Made by a program: the position numbers and the translations under genes. The notes below the pieces were generated by a model. It made no database searches. It was not told where the DNA came from and was given only the letters and a program-made list of their open reading frames with translations. DNA of 62,792 nt, counting the filler, from Asterionella formosa (taxonomy: Eukaryota), in NCBI GenBank assembly GCA_002256025.1. It is 5 parts of 5 records of this genome, joined end to end, with 100 filler letters (N's around TTAATTAATTAA, not from the genome) between each part and the next. Parts side by side here need not be neighbours in the genome. Positions count along the whole stretch, not along the records: positions 1 to 20,014 come from NKIB01003473.1; positions 20,115 to 40,066 come from NKIB01003478.1; 3 more parts are not named here. The stretch is one strand, 5' to 3'. This document shows, one piece after another, positions 13,919-26,271 of this stretch (the stretch's first letter is position 1; every line of letters begins with the position of its first letter).

Positions 13919-14357
13919 TTCCTGTATAGTGATATGTAGGACCCCTCATGTCTGGCCTCCAACAGTTTCAAGAACGATAATGCTGGTGGCTGGCTGAGAA
14001 GAGCGATCTTTCTTCGCCCTTCTAAAAGTGTTCCCGTTCTTGGTGGTCCGTCATCGTTGCCCCTTTTTAGCTCTCTTCTCGTGTCTATATATGTACTAAT
14101 AATAATACAAAGAAAGAAGGACATACCGGTAGTCGTCCACCACATACCGGCACATAATTGCTCTGCATTAAAAAAATTAAGTACCGGTACATAGTTATAT
14201 TGTTATTAGGGGTGTATAAGAAATTATATTCGGCAACACATTGTTGTTTGTGATCCCATAACTATCGATCAATACCTTTACAGTTTCTCGATATAAGCTG
14301 CAGTGCTTCACTAACAGGTACAAATTCTCAACTTCATTCTCTCCACTGAACTTAACC

Positions 14358-15329
14358 ATGCCTCACGCCGGTGCCGAAGCCTTGAAAAACGAAGGAAACA
14401 ACTTCTTCAAGAAAGGACAATACAAGGAAGCCATTGAGAAGTATGACGCTGCCTCAAAATTAGACCCCAGTGTACCTGCGTACTACAGCAATGCTGCTGC
14501 CTGTCATGAAAAGCTCGGCAACTACGAAGCCATGGCCGAAGCGGGGCGTAACTGCATCAAAGCAGATCGCTTGTTCGTCAAGGGATACTTCCGTTTGGCG
14601 ACGGCTCAAAAGGCTCTGAATGACTTGCCTGAGTGCATCAAGACGCTCGAGAACGGATTGGGGATCGAAGCGACGAATGCGGATTTGAAGAAGATGAAGA
14701 AGGATATCACTGAGTTGCAGAGAGCGGATCAAGTTGCGTCGTACTGCATGAAAGCCAAAGAACAAGAGCAAAGCGGAGACATTCCAGGAGCGATGAAGAC
14801 CCTGGAATTGGCCAGTCGATTGGATGCTGGCAATTCCGAGATTGAAAGGCTCCTTCGTAAGGTCAAACCCCAGTATGAAGCCATCGAGAGAAAACGCAAG
14901 GCTGGCCTTTCCTCGGTCGAACGTCACAAGGAACAGGGAGACGAAGCCTACAAGAATGCCAATTTCGAACAAGCGATTGAGCACTACACCAAGTGCCTCG
15001 ATACCCTCAAGAGGGATGGCAAAGGAGACTCGGAACTTGCTCTCAAGGCATATTCCAATCGCGCTGCTTGCTATAAGCAGATTAGTAACTTTGATGGAAC
15101 TATTGCTGACTGCTCTGCCGTCCTTGAAGTGGAACACGACAATGTCAAGGCTCTGATCCGACGCGCTCAGGCGTTTGAAGGTGTCGAGCGTTATCGATTT
15201 GCCTTGCAAGACGTCAAGGCTGTTCTTGCCATGCCCTACGAAAAAGTTGGAAAAGCCAACTTTGATTTGTGCAATGGTATGCAGCATCGCCTTAACCGAG
15301 TTGTCCAACAACTCAAGTCCATGAATTAA
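14358..15329 (+). CDS. Two-domain TPR co-chaperone-like protein (STI1/TOM34-like carboxylate-clamp TPRs)
   Basis: Intronless 323-aa ORF. AEALKNEGNNFFKKGQYKEAIEKY..YYSNAAAC..KGYFR and HKEQGDEAYK..AIEHYT..YSNRAAC..KALIRRA carry the K/N/N/K/R clamp pattern. Confidence 0.85.
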   Translation: MPHAGAEALKNEGNNFFKKGQYKEAIEKYDAASKLDPSVPAYYSNAAACHEKLGNYEAMAEAGRNCIKADRLFVKGYFRLATAQKALNDLPECIKTLENGLGIEATNADLKKMKKDITELQRADQVASYCMKAKEQEQSGDIPGAMKTLELASRLDAGNSEIERLLRKVKPQYEAIERKRKAGLSSVERHKEQGDEAYKNANFEQAIEHYTKCLDTLKRDGKGDSELALKAYSNRAACYKQISNFDGTIADCSAVLEVEHDNVKALIRRAQAFEGVERYRFALQDVKAVLAMPYEKVGKANFDLCNGMQHRLNRVVQQLKSMN

Positions 15330-15568
15330 TTTGCTCCTAGGGAGACGTCAAAAACACAAAACAAAAAAGTTACTACCGTAGTCTAGAAGTAGAATAGTCT
15401 ATCTGCGATACGAGAGCTAATCCAAAAAAATGTAGTGAAACAAAATATAATTGAAAACAAATAAGACGAATATGCTTTGAAACAGCTCATAATGTAATAC
15501 AATTACGTTGAATCCATTCAATATTGGTAACAATAGATGCATAAGGCTTGGCTGTGTTCTCGTCGCTG

Positions 15569-17452
15569 CTACACCACATGTTCATTCAGCGCCGCTTGAA
15601 ACTGCTTCCTTCGAAGCTTACTACGCTCGAACAAACTCAGATATTCCGGGCTGTTGGCAGCACCTTCGTACTCTCCCTTTCGGCCTTCCAAAATCATGCG
15701 CCACTTTCGATCCGTCTCATACAGATCCAATGATGTCGTTTCTGGGATTGTCCATATTGTCACTATACAAGCAGCAAAGGATGCATATCCACTGAGTACA
15801 AACATGTCAACTTCCGACAAATGGTGAAATAGAATCGCTGCAATCAAGGCCCCAACCTTACCGGATGCGGCTGCAATGCCATGACACATTGTACGCATCT
15901 CAGTTGGAAAAATTTCAGCTGGAATTAGAAAGGTGGTGGCGTTGGGTCCACATTGACCAACAAATGAGGAGCCCAAGTACATGATGATTAGTGACGTTGA
16001 AGAAAGCTTGTCATACAAGAAACCACATCCAACAAATAAGGAGCCAGTCAGTAGGAAACCGTATTGCTGAAGGCGTAAGCGACCAACACGTGGATCATCA
16101 ATAATGGCAGCCGCGGCAAAGTACCCCAATAAAGCAAACAAAGCATTAACTGTGGAAGCAAATGATATCTCCAGCAGTGTCGATTCTGCACCCGTAAGTG
16201 CGACAATAAATGACGACTGAAACAGCTTGTTCCCGTAAAAGGCAATGTCCCATAGTAGCCACGACGCCGAGGTTCCGAATAAACGAAGGCCATAGTTTCG
16301 AAGCAATAGATCTCTCTTTGATGATTTCAGATCCTCTTCGGCTGTTGTTGACGGTACGTGTCGTAGCGACACAGGATCATCGAGGACGGATGGAGCTGAA
16401 AGCGATGAGACCGACGTCGCAGTTTCGTTCAGTAGGTAAGGTGCATTCTTCGATTCGATTTGCGGGGTAACCGGCGGCACTAGAGTGTTTCTCTCCAACG
16501 CATCCCGTCTAGTTTTATCGTCTTGCCACACTGAAGATTCATTCAAACATCGGATTCGACTAACCAATACGTAACACAAGATGACAGCACCGAACGCGTA
16601 GGTCAGACGCCATACAGTCAACAATGCCTGTGACGAATAAGACATTCCTTGGTGACCGAATTGGCCTGTTACCATCAAGAGAAAGGTTAAGATAAGTGAA
16701 TTAACCATAATTCCCATTCCCTGCATAGTAAATACCAATTGGACCATCTGACCACGTTTCCGGGGCTTCGGCACGTCATACGAATCTCTGCTATCAACGT
16801 GGAATTTGATGTTGTCAAGTGGTGGCAGTTCGCCTCTTTCATAACCGGATTGCTTTCGCTGAGCTTCTTTTTCTAATTCCATTTTCATGCGCTGACTCAT
16901 ATCTCCCATGGCTCGTTCACTAGCACTACTTGCAGACAGAGGATACTCTCCTCCAACACCAATACCAAACAGAAACAGAAATACCGAAGTACTAGCAAAG
17001 AGCAAGGGGGGGTTGGATGCAAGCATCCAGCTTACCAGAGTAAGCCCAATGGCACCACCCGCCATGATCGACGCTGTTAAAATACTTCCAGTTCGTCTTC
17101 CGAGTGAGTTTGAAAGCTTCCCTATGACAACCATTCCTAAAATGACACCCAGCACAACGGAGTAAGTGAGAGATTGCAAGAGCGGACCGCTACAGTCGAT
17201 ACCGTCGAAGCAGTCTGGGAATAACTCTTGCCAAATAGGTTTCAATGTTCCGATACTAAAGATGAGATAGCTTTCTCCAAAGAGTCCCATTCCGTGCCAA
17301 GCGCACTCGTTGAACCAAATGGAAAACATGGAACGCGACGGTTCCGATTCGCTCCCAGCGGACAGTGGTGACGGCTTGATTTGGTTATTTTCGTCATTCT
17401 CTTGACCTTGGTGATATTCTAGCAAGCTCTCACTTCGTTCGACGCTCGACAT
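15569..17452 (-). CDS. MFS proton:phosphate symporter, PHO84/PHT1-like (phosphate or glycerophosphodiester substrate not resolved)
   Basis: GMGLFGESY, LGRR, GIGVGGEYPLSA..ASE, RG..V.LVFTMQG.G, LFGT...WLLWDIAFYG, GPNATTFLIPAEIFPT..R..CHGIAAASGKVGA and IPET, with about 12 TM segments. Confidence 0.88.
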   Translation of the reverse strand: MSSVERSESLLEYHQGQENDENNQIKPSPLSAGSESEPSRSMFSIWFNECAWHGMGLFGESYLIFSIGTLKPIWQELFPDCFDGIDCSGPLLQSLTYSVVLGVILGMVVIGKLSNSLGRRTGSILTASIMAGGAIGLTLVSWMLASNPPLLFASTSVFLFLFGIGVGGEYPLSASSASERAMGDMSQRMKMELEKEAQRKQSGYERGELPPLDNIKFHVDSRDSYDVPKPRKRGQMVQLVFTMQGMGIMVNSLILTFLLMVTGQFGHQGMSYSSQALLTVWRLTYAFGAVILCYVLVSRIRCLNESSVWQDDKTRRDALERNTLVPPVTPQIESKNAPYLLNETATSVSSLSAPSVLDDPVSLRHVPSTTAEEDLKSSKRDLLLRNYGLRLFGTSASWLLWDIAFYGNKLFQSSFIVALTGAESTLLEISFASTVNALFALLGYFAAAAIIDDPRVGRLRLQQYGFLLTGSLFVGCGFLYDKLSSTSLIIMYLGSSFVGQCGPNATTFLIPAEIFPTEMRTMCHGIAAASGKVGALIAAILFHHLSEVDMFVLSGYASFAACIVTIWTIPETTSLDLYETDRKWRMILEGRKGEYEGAANSPEYLSLFERSKLRRKQFQAALNEHVV

Positions 17453-18853
17453 GGTCAATTCAGCAGCACTTTGATTCTCACAAATGTACTTCCATTGATT
17501 AGAATCATTAGCTAAAGACCAATGTGTTTTCGAAACTACCAGGTACCGGTATCTATAATGTTGTCAGGGTACTCCAACTGGTACCAGGGTATACATTTTA
17601 TATACCGGTATATATGTATCCAAATCGGCTGCCTGTTCGGTTCTGGACATCATACAAAGAAATACATGCCGGCACATAAATATTGTACATGATGTAAACG
17701 TATGTACCTCGCAGAGTACATTTCGATTCTTTACCTCATATGTATATACCTGCAGACTAACACTTGCTCCCTCTGCCAGTCCGATGATAGTGCATCGATT
17801 CTCGGAACATTCAGTGTCGAGAAGTAGGATGGATTACGTAGACTACATACCAACTTTCTACGTGAGGGTCAGCTTACTCGAAAAACTGCGGGTTTTTTTC
17901 TGAGTTACATACACGTGAGTATAAACTTGCAACCATTAATTTAAAAAATAGCATTTAAATAAATTAATCAAAACCCATTTAACATACCGGTACATATATT
18001 CATTATGTGCATCTACATATCGCCAAATGCTGTTGTACATCAGCCGGCCGCCCAAATATTTGCTGGATACGGAAAAGCACAAATCACTATCTATCATAAT
18101 TGTGTAAACATACAACAAATTTTCTATCGTTCCATATCCTTTCTACGGCTAATACATTTACATGGACCACGTCACCGGATGTTTAACGGTTTCGATCTTC
18201 AAAACGAGCATACCATCGTTTTCTTCCTTCGTATCATCGTCACTTTCGTGGATGAGCAATGCACAATCAAAGTTGAGTTGCCGTTGTTCTACTGTTGTAT
18301 CCTACTTCGTATGTATATATAGAATACCCAGGTAGGTGGTTCGAAGAAGAATGTGTCTGCATCCTCGGCATGATAATGAAAATCGGAAAAAAAAGTTTTA
18401 CTTTATTCTATAAATGGATCTGCAGCTTATAGACATAGAGCAAGCCACACAGTATAGGGCAATCAAGTCAGAGAAAATTGTAGGAGTCAAAATGGCCCCA
18501 GAGAAATTTGAATTATCTATGCAATTACATATTAATGGATGGAGGGGACCATGTACCTGGTACTCCAACCTGGCACCCTGGTGTGCTCAAAATGGTTGTT
18601 GTACTGCCAGCACTAGATACTCTGCCTGACTGGTAACTAAGGTTTCCTCACCAAGCACAGTACATACAATGGTACCAAGTAGCTGTGGGAGTTGGTGCAG
18701 TGAAAGACAGTTTTTGCTATCAAAGGAAACCCAGCTATATTTCTCATTTTGCAATTTTTTTGAAGGTGAATGGCAAGCATCAGGACAAGCAGGAGTAAAC
18801 TTGTGGTGGAGTAGATAACCACCATGTACCAGGTACTAAACTGGTATGACCTG

Positions 18854-18941
18854 CAAGTTGTGGTCATTTTGCTTAAACTAGCATTTTAATCTTGGATAAA
18901 GATAGCTAAATCTTTAGTTTCAGCAAAATTACTGCAACTTG
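18854..18941 (-). mobile_element. 88-bp MITE family, copy 3
   Basis: gacCTG|CAAGTTGTGGTCATTTTGCT...AGCAAAATTACTGCAACTTG|CTTgtacctggtacc. Confidence 0.85.
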
Positions 18942-20058
18942 CTTGTACCTGGTACCAGCTAGTCTAATCATCCCCAAAGCTCTATCTCAACATGTATGGG
19001 ATGAGAAGTAGTGAACAAAGTGTTACAAATGTAACCGAAAATAATCAACTCTCGTCAGCACAACCATTTATGGCCATACATATTGTCACAGCCCTTGCCG
19101 CTTTGCCTTGGACTCTCTTTTCAACTCCCCCTTAGAGTGGACAACATCATAGACTAGGGGTAGTAGGATGAATGAGGAATGGTGGTGAAGGCGAGTTTAC
19201 TCCTAGGAATTCCAACCTGCACCACAGTGACTTCATGTCCCTATTATACTATTATGTATCTTGGGTGGGTAGGTGTAGTTTACCAAGAAAATTTGAGGGC
19301 CTTTTGGGAGTTGTACAACACTATGTTGGCTTGCCGGGATCAGTTGAGCTTGCTTTCAGGGTCAGTAGTGCTCATAGCAGTCTTCAGTTTCGATCAGGTA
19401 TGCTTTCGAGGTCAGCAAGTTTGACAAAACAATGGTGAGTTTATTTGTTTCAATTGCCGGGGATTGTACAGCGTTTTCCAGTGGTGTGAGAATGGGTTGA
19501 TCAATTGCTCACGTCCCAGGCTACAGTAATTTTGTACTGCACTGGTAGTTTACTATAGCACCTTCGGCAAATATCACAATATATATGTGTATCAGCTGGG
19601 TACCTGGTACCTGGTACATACTGAGCTGTAGCTATATAATGCAGCGGTAGTACCTGGTGGCAACTTCGACAAAACTCATGATCTAGCTATGATACTTGTG
19701 TAGGCTGGCTATAATATCTAGCCGTAGCTATGTAGTGCACTGGTAGTTAACTACCGTAGCACATTCTTCGAAAAAGCTTGCTACTATATATACTGCCTTG
19801 TAAACTAGAGTGAGTAATACCATCACCTTTAATAGTTTTGTCATGTAATGAAATCCCTTGTTGTACCTCCCCAAGTTTTCTAGTAATATGCATGTTAACA
19901 TGCAAACCATGGAATTACTGCCTAGTAGATAAAATATTTAATAACAATTTAGGTAGTAAACAAATCTTTGTCAGGGTCAAGGCTGAGGCAATATTATGCA
20001 ATTTTTGCTCTCTGNNNNNNNNNNNNNNNNNNNNNNNNNNNNNNNNNNNNNNNNNNNN

Positions 20059-20070
20059 TTAATTAATTAA
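20059..20070. other. Artificial scaffold linker TTAATTAATTAA between N runs (also 40111-40122, 41449-41460, 61499-61510)
   Basis: The same six-frame-stop 12-mer is flanked by N tracts at four places. Confidence 0.95.
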
Positions 20071-20639
20071 NNNNNNNNNNNNNNNNNNNNNNNNNNNNNN
20101 NNNNNNNNNNNNNNCTGTCAGCCAAGAGCAGCCATGGCATGCCACCATTTATTGTCTATACAAGTTTCGAATGAGTTCAGCTATGATAACTTTTGCTCCC
20201 CCCTCCTAAACACTATCTCACAACGCACCCTTGTCATAGATTCATCTTTATCCTTTGGCTTCACAGGCCCAGGTCACGCAATGCCTTCATCTGCAAGGAG
20301 TTCAGCCAAGCAGGTCCACGTTGGCGTCAAGAAAACCTCAACCCCGATTTTCCTCACATGCTCCACCCATCGAATTCTTCATTGTTGAACCACATTACTT
20401 TCACTTGTACATTCTCCTACCAAGAAATTTAAATAAAAGAACCTAAAGGAAACAAAACATATAATAATTAAATTTCCATAGTCAAAAGGGTTACTATTTA
20501 AATTGCAAAGGCATTTATCATAATAATTAGATGATATAACGAAAAATTATGATCAGATGATCACAATCCTATGATGAATCATGGAAATATGATAAAAGCA
20601 ATGCTGTTTGCAGACTCACGTAGGTGCTCGACTTGATCA

Positions 20640-21400
20640 TAAATTGTATTGAACCTTGAATAACCCTTTATTTCCCACCCTCCATACCGTTTGCCAACTC
20701 CTCCATGGTTTGTATAGGCAGAGGCATTTCACCAAAACACCTGAACCACCATCACTGCCAGCAATTTCATTACCAGTATCCTCAGTTGTTTTCCATATTT
20801 TGTGTGTGTTTTGGCTAGCATAATCACCATACTTCACTACCCGAGAAAAAATGTAATTCACTAGAATAATGAAGGGATGCTCTTCAACTTTTCCAACATC
20901 TGGTGGTTCTGTCCTGGACTGAACAATTGTATTCCGGGAAAGGAACTGTAACTTTCCATCCTCAACCATTCCTGTTTTTATACTAATTAAGCATTGTGTG
21001 GAAAAGGAAGCCAACAGCAAGCACGACACCTCATTTTGAACTTACTTTTGAAAACCTTTCTGTTTGATGTTGAAACAGCATTACTTTTTTCAGACATAAT
21101 TTTGTTGATGTCACACTTATATGTGAACCAAAATGATTCAAACTCTTCGTCAGTACCATTTCTGAGTGATGGCAAATGATAACAAACAGCACCAGCAATG
21201 CTGTCGGGTTCCCTAATTTCCAAATCATAATCACCTTTGACGAATTTAACTTTTGGAAACAATTCCTCTCTGACCCAGCTAGCCAGAAGGTTTGTCCAAT
21301 GTTTGCACCGGCCAATTTCACCTACTACTCCAATTGTTAAACGGTTGTTTTCAGCTGCTAATTCTCGTAGGCACTTGATTTCCTGTGTACTCTCAGACAA
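20640..21400 (-). pseudogene. Probable decayed transposon-associated ORF (two overlapping ORFs, possibly intron-joined)
   Basis: WVREELFPKVKFVK...FESFWFTYKCDINKIMSEKSNAV resembles, from memory, accessory ORFs of diatom DNA transposons. The context is CpG-poor, with direct repeats immediately upstream. No catalytic motif seen. Confidence 0.35.
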
Positions 21401-21416
21401 TAGAATTTGGAGTTTG

Positions 21417-21645
21417 CACATAATCAACACTCGTACGTAGACGAAATTTCGAAAAGTCAAATGAATTATTTGAAACATCAACTAATTCAGTCTCGCGTTC
21501 AAAATTCATGGTGAAAATTTCACATGAAACAGTTAAAACTTCACATGAAACCGTTAAAAGTAATCTTTTTTACGTGAAGGGTGGCATTAATGCATGTGAA
21601 GTACCACATAATTAACACTCGTACGTAGACGAAATTTCGAAAAGT
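21417..21645. repeat. 41-bp direct repeat pair enclosing a 2 x 21-bp tandem repeat
   Basis: cacataatYaacactcgtacgtagacgaaatttcgaaaagt at 21417-21457 and 21605-21645. ttcacatgaaacMgttaaaa occurs at 21519 and 21540. Confidence 0.85.
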
Positions 21646-23456
21646 GGCATATTTCGCGGCTTAGATGGTTGACTCCCGTTTACTTATTGAAAATCGACTG
21701 CTGAAATTGGACGAGAGTAGAAGGAGCTACATGAAGGCACAAAATGATGATTCTTTGTAATGTGTTGAAGGCAATTCCACTATTTACATCAGTGCTATCT
21801 TCCAGCATGCTCCGATGTATTAAAAATCTGGTCATTGATGTCTCAAGTACTGACTGTTCATCAAATGAATCTGGCTGGTTGTTGGATAATTCGACTATTG
21901 TGTGGTTCATATTGTTGCATCGTGCTTGCTTCCTCACAGTGGCGCCAAAATTTCGTTTCCCCTTTTTTGATTTCCGATAGCCTTTCTGTCCAAATAATTC
22001 TCCTTATTTGATATGTAGTGATAAATAAATTAATGATTGATCAAAAGCGACCTCAATGAGTCGTTGGGTATCAAAACTCGAAACGTTATGGTAGGTCAAA
22101 GTTAGGCTTCCATCTCGTCATTGAACCGGTACATTCGTCAGATATGATCAGCTGTTAAATTTTAACTACTACATTTTTGTAGTATGTTTTCTACGTGTCC
22201 TACACTATCTCAAATCAAATCTCGGCAGAAATTTTTAGTGCTCATGTGTTGGCTTTTTTCCGCTGCCCTACAATAGTATTGTTTCATTGCTTTCTAATCA
22301 CAATATTTCTTTTGTTACTTCTGCATAATCTTCTACAATGACAACAAGAAGTCGTCAATCTCAACAAGCTATCGCAAACTCTGCAAAGCAGCCGAAACAC
22401 GATGGAACTGGTGTTCTGCATTAACTCGTAGTCAACAAGGAGGAGAGGACAGGTTTATGTTTGTTGATTGTTGTTGTCACATTTGAGTTCCCGCCATGGT
22501 CGGGTTTACTAATTATGAAACATATTTCTTCCTCTTCAGAACGTTGATGAGGCTATTGTCATGTTTCTCCTCCACTTCCTGACGATGAAACAAATCAGTA
22601 TCCACTGGTCAAACCAGCTTGTCCAATGAGCTGAAATATGTTGCCAGTTGATTGTTTTTTCACAAGGTATAATATACACACTACCATTATTCTTTTCCTG
22701 TTTTCCCAATGCTAGCAAGCCACTTTCATCGAAACTTGCATGAAGATTGCAAAGAAGTCTCCAGGTCACAGACAATGTAAGCAACATATCTTGCCAGCAC
22801 CGACCACAACATATCACTCCATTGCTCCCTATCAACCTAATCAAACCTGTCCTCCTCAATTTTCCAAGCCACACACGCCCACATCAGCCAGTAAATTTTC
22901 GACGCATCCTGCTCCTCCTCCTGCCGGATACTACCAGAAGTCTGCATCGCCAGCACCAAACCTCCACTATCAAGCTGCTCTTCCTCCAACACCACCTCTG
23001 CAACCACAAGTCCAAATCAATTCAAAAACCAGCACTGCCTCTAAATCCATTCAGGCATCGGTTTCTGCTCCTCCAGGCCCAATCTAAACATTTCTGGAAT
23101 TGTTGTTGTTGCAACGACAAAAAAGTGTGAGTTGACAATTGTTAATGAAAATGCGTTGACAAATTTTCAAACGATTTCTCCGCTGACCCCTCATCTTTTT
23201 CACTTTTTATTCTACTCCCTGCTTGTCATTTTCACGTCTTACCTTGCGATTTCCGTTTCATACTTTGTTTGCTTAACAACATAGTGTCGAATTTTTGATA
23301 TTTGTTACAATCATTCTTGTGTGACTAGTTTTCATGCATATAACAAACCCGGTACATTCGATGGTCCATGCATTTTTGATGTATCTAAGAATTTTCCCAT
23401 GAAAATTCTACTCCTGACGTGCTCGATGGTCCCTGCTTTTCAAACCTAAAATTGAC

Positions 23457-25550
23457 TGCTGAAGGCAATACATACCCAAGGTGGTCTCTTGCCTGCGAGT
23501 ACAGTCAGCCTACTTGCACCATCCCAGCCATGTACACAAGTATACGAGAAGGCAAGTAGCCGCCAAGAAGGGTATTGTTGAGGCAACTCCCGCTCTAGCT
23601 ATAGTCGCGTCATTCGCTTACCTACTGCCCTCAAATAAAGCATAAATGTCAATTTTAGCCTACTATTGCCCATCATACAAAGTTTATTTCGTATATTTCC
23701 TATCTTCACCTCGAAAATTTCCAAAGGTCCGATATTGCCCATCATTAAAATATTTTGAATATTTCATGTGTTCGCAATTTGGCAAGACAACATAAGCCAA
23801 TCTCCCTCGGTTTTCCAGCTCTGGGATTGCCGGTATCGGCAAGGGGTCTATTTAAGGAACCATTTTATATACTATTCAGATTTCAATAATTTATATCTAA
23901 AATTCACCTCGTTTTTGTTCGTCTCCTGAAAAGTGGACTCCAGCAATTCACCTTTCACCATGCCAATCATCATCCATCATGACCGGTTTGAAGCAAAATA
24001 AGTTCCGCGATGATGCCAGTAGCGATTCTTTGTCGAGCGGATGCGGTTGGTTGTTGTATTGCTTGTCTTTTCGAGGGATTCATAAAGTCGCATCGCCATA
24101 TTTCTTCAGACGAACGATGACATCGATACATTTGATGTTGGTGGCAAGTTTTAGCTCCGGTCACGCATCTGATGATGCTGCCTAAAGGGATACTCTACCA
24201 GTAGTCATCTATTCTACATACATAGGTGGTACTCATAACAACCATGCATGGTTTAAGCTAAACTTTAACGCTTATTTTGAACACGTTATTATATTATCTC
24301 TGCAGACTCTGTATTATTTTTACGAGACCAGAATTTTAAATTATATTGTTCACATAGTGATTGATTTTATGTACTGTATGCCTGATTTCGTCGTTACAAC
24401 TATAATTCTTACTCCATCCTGCCTGCCGTTGCTCAATTCTGGCTTGCAGCAGGAGCTTTCAACTTTTTTATGAGCCCATCGTCTGCTGCATGTCTTGTGA
24501 GTACAACTGTCAAACACTGAATGTGATTGTAGAAACGATTGTCGAATTTCCAATTTGATTGCTTCCATGGTCTGTTTCAATCGCTTCTATTGTTCTTTGT
24601 CGTTCCGCGCTGTCGTTTTGATTCGATTGTAACTATCTACACAAGGGCAGGTTTAAGTATCAATGACTACTCTTTGAAGATGTGGTATTGTGCTGTTGTT
24701 GATCTTATTTGTTGATTTGTACAGTCATTGACCATGATGTCAATTTTTCCGCCAAGCAATGCTTCTCTTGTACTAATGCGCTTTGCTACCATTTTACTAC
24801 AAGTTCTTATCACAAGCTACATAATTACTTAGCTAGAGGGTGTTGATAGTGCTGTAGCAGCTTGGCAATCACACTTGCTCAGAATGGAATGATCAGGGTT
24901 GTTTGGTGGGAGGAAGAACAACTGTGGGCGGAAGGACTGCAAGCAACTTGGGTCAGGCTACTACAGCGATGTTCATGGTTACAGCAATCACATCATCTAC
25001 ACCACATCACGAAGCATATTTCAATTGGGTTTAGCTTTTTCTTCTTATCTGTTTTGTTTTGCTCTTTGATGATGGTGTGATGGAAGTCAATGTTGCCTGT
25101 GTAAGTGCTACAATGCATACATTTCCATTGAAACTCCTATTTTTTACTTCATTTCTAACCCAAAACAAGTTTTTCTAGTTCTCATTTGACACTACTTATT
25201 ACATTGCATTTCATACTTTGGTTGCTCCAAACATCATGTTCAATTTTCATCGATGTTGCATGTTACAATCATTCTCTTGTGTTTTACACTTGTTGTACCC
25301 TTTTTGTTTATTTTACCGTTATTTTGGCTGTCATGCTAAAATCGGCAATTTTAAATCCGAAAAATTCGATGTGCCCCATATTGCCCCTAAACAATTTTTT
25401 TGACGAATTACTTATAGACTAAAAATTACTTAGAAGTACCCGAATGGCAAGACGATATCTGGAACGGGAATAGCCGAAAAATCCACTGTGCCCCATATTC
25501 CCCTTAAATAAAAAAATTACTTAGAGATACGAATAATTACTTCGGCACCC
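23457..25550 (+). mobile_element. ~2.1-kb non-coding hairpin-ended repeat, copy A
   Basis: Colinear with 38376-40066 (from tgctgaaggcaata to aagtcaatgttgcctg) and with 41505-41600 (tgccccatattgccc..ttacttagaagtacccgaatggcaagacga). Fold-back at 23457-23585 and ~1.5 copies of a ~118-bp unit at 25371-25550. Confidence 0.85.
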
Positions 25551-25741
25551 ACAGTTCTCATCGAAAAGCAAGACAACAACAGCTACGGTAGGTTGGGGAT
25601 TCCTCATATAATCTACCGGTATGTATTTGGTACGCTAACCATCTCTTTAAGGTGTATGTGTAGTTGAGTGTGATCGCTCATACTCCAGTTACCACTCTGC
25701 CATAATAGCATACCGGTAGTTCATTTGATCAACGAACCGTA

Positions 25742-26258
25742 ATGCCGCTCCGCTCCAAAGCTCCACCCGATCCGGAGCGACAACTAATGATCAAGACAAA
25801 TGCATGTCAAAGGTGAGACCAGATTTGTCACGGAGGAGCTCCTGGGACATTGCTCCCCATCTTTGTCACTTTGTCTGCGACGAGTGCGACTCTCCTGTCG
25901 TTTATTTAATTTTTTTGACTGCCTTTTTTTCAGGTTGATGAAGGAAGTCGCTTATTATCAACAAGAAGCAAAGGAAAATGAAGCAAAACTGCAACAGATG
26001 AAGGACGACAATAAAGATCCTTATGATATTAAAATGTTCAATGAAGTCGTACTGGAGTCGTTCATGATGGTGAAGGAGTCCCCGACTCGACTGCAGCGAG
26101 CTCTTGAGGACCTCTGTCTTTTCGTCGATATGAACCAGTTTGATACGGAAAGCGAAATTTTCAAGTCGGCACGAATGATTTTGGCAGATCAAGGTATTAG
26201 CAGAGAAGAAGTTCAAGAGACAGCGATTGACGAGCTGGAAGAAGGCGAAACCTTTTGA
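25742..26258 (+). CDS. TBCA: Tubulin-specific chaperone A (cofactor A/Rbl2); exons 25742-25812, 25934-26258
   Basis: Spliced ERQLMIKTNACQ/RLMKEVAYYQQEAKENEAKLQQMKDDNKDPYDIK....V..ES.MMV....RL..A..DL matches the TBCA pattern RQLKIKT..VKRL.KE...Y..E. Confidence 0.9.
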
Positions 26259-26271
26259 CGCTGTCATTTCC

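Noticed and set aside
14460..15311. Long antisense ORF opposite the TPR gene, and similar shadows inside HEATR5, RadA and GRK
   Set aside because: Explained by the codon bias of the sense gene.
20059..20070. Conserved TTAATTAATTAA motif occurring four times
   Set aside because: It is always flanked by N runs, so it is an assembly linker.
21417..21645. CRISPR-like repeat-spacer interpretation of the direct repeats (also 28577-28693)
   Set aside because: There are only two units each, the spacing is wrong, there are no cas genes and the context is eukaryotic.
22513..23091. Apparent decayed ORF on the minus strand (MFRLGLEEQK...KRKKYVS)
   Set aside because: Eight internal stops in 193 codons is close to random expectation, and there is no recognisable motif.
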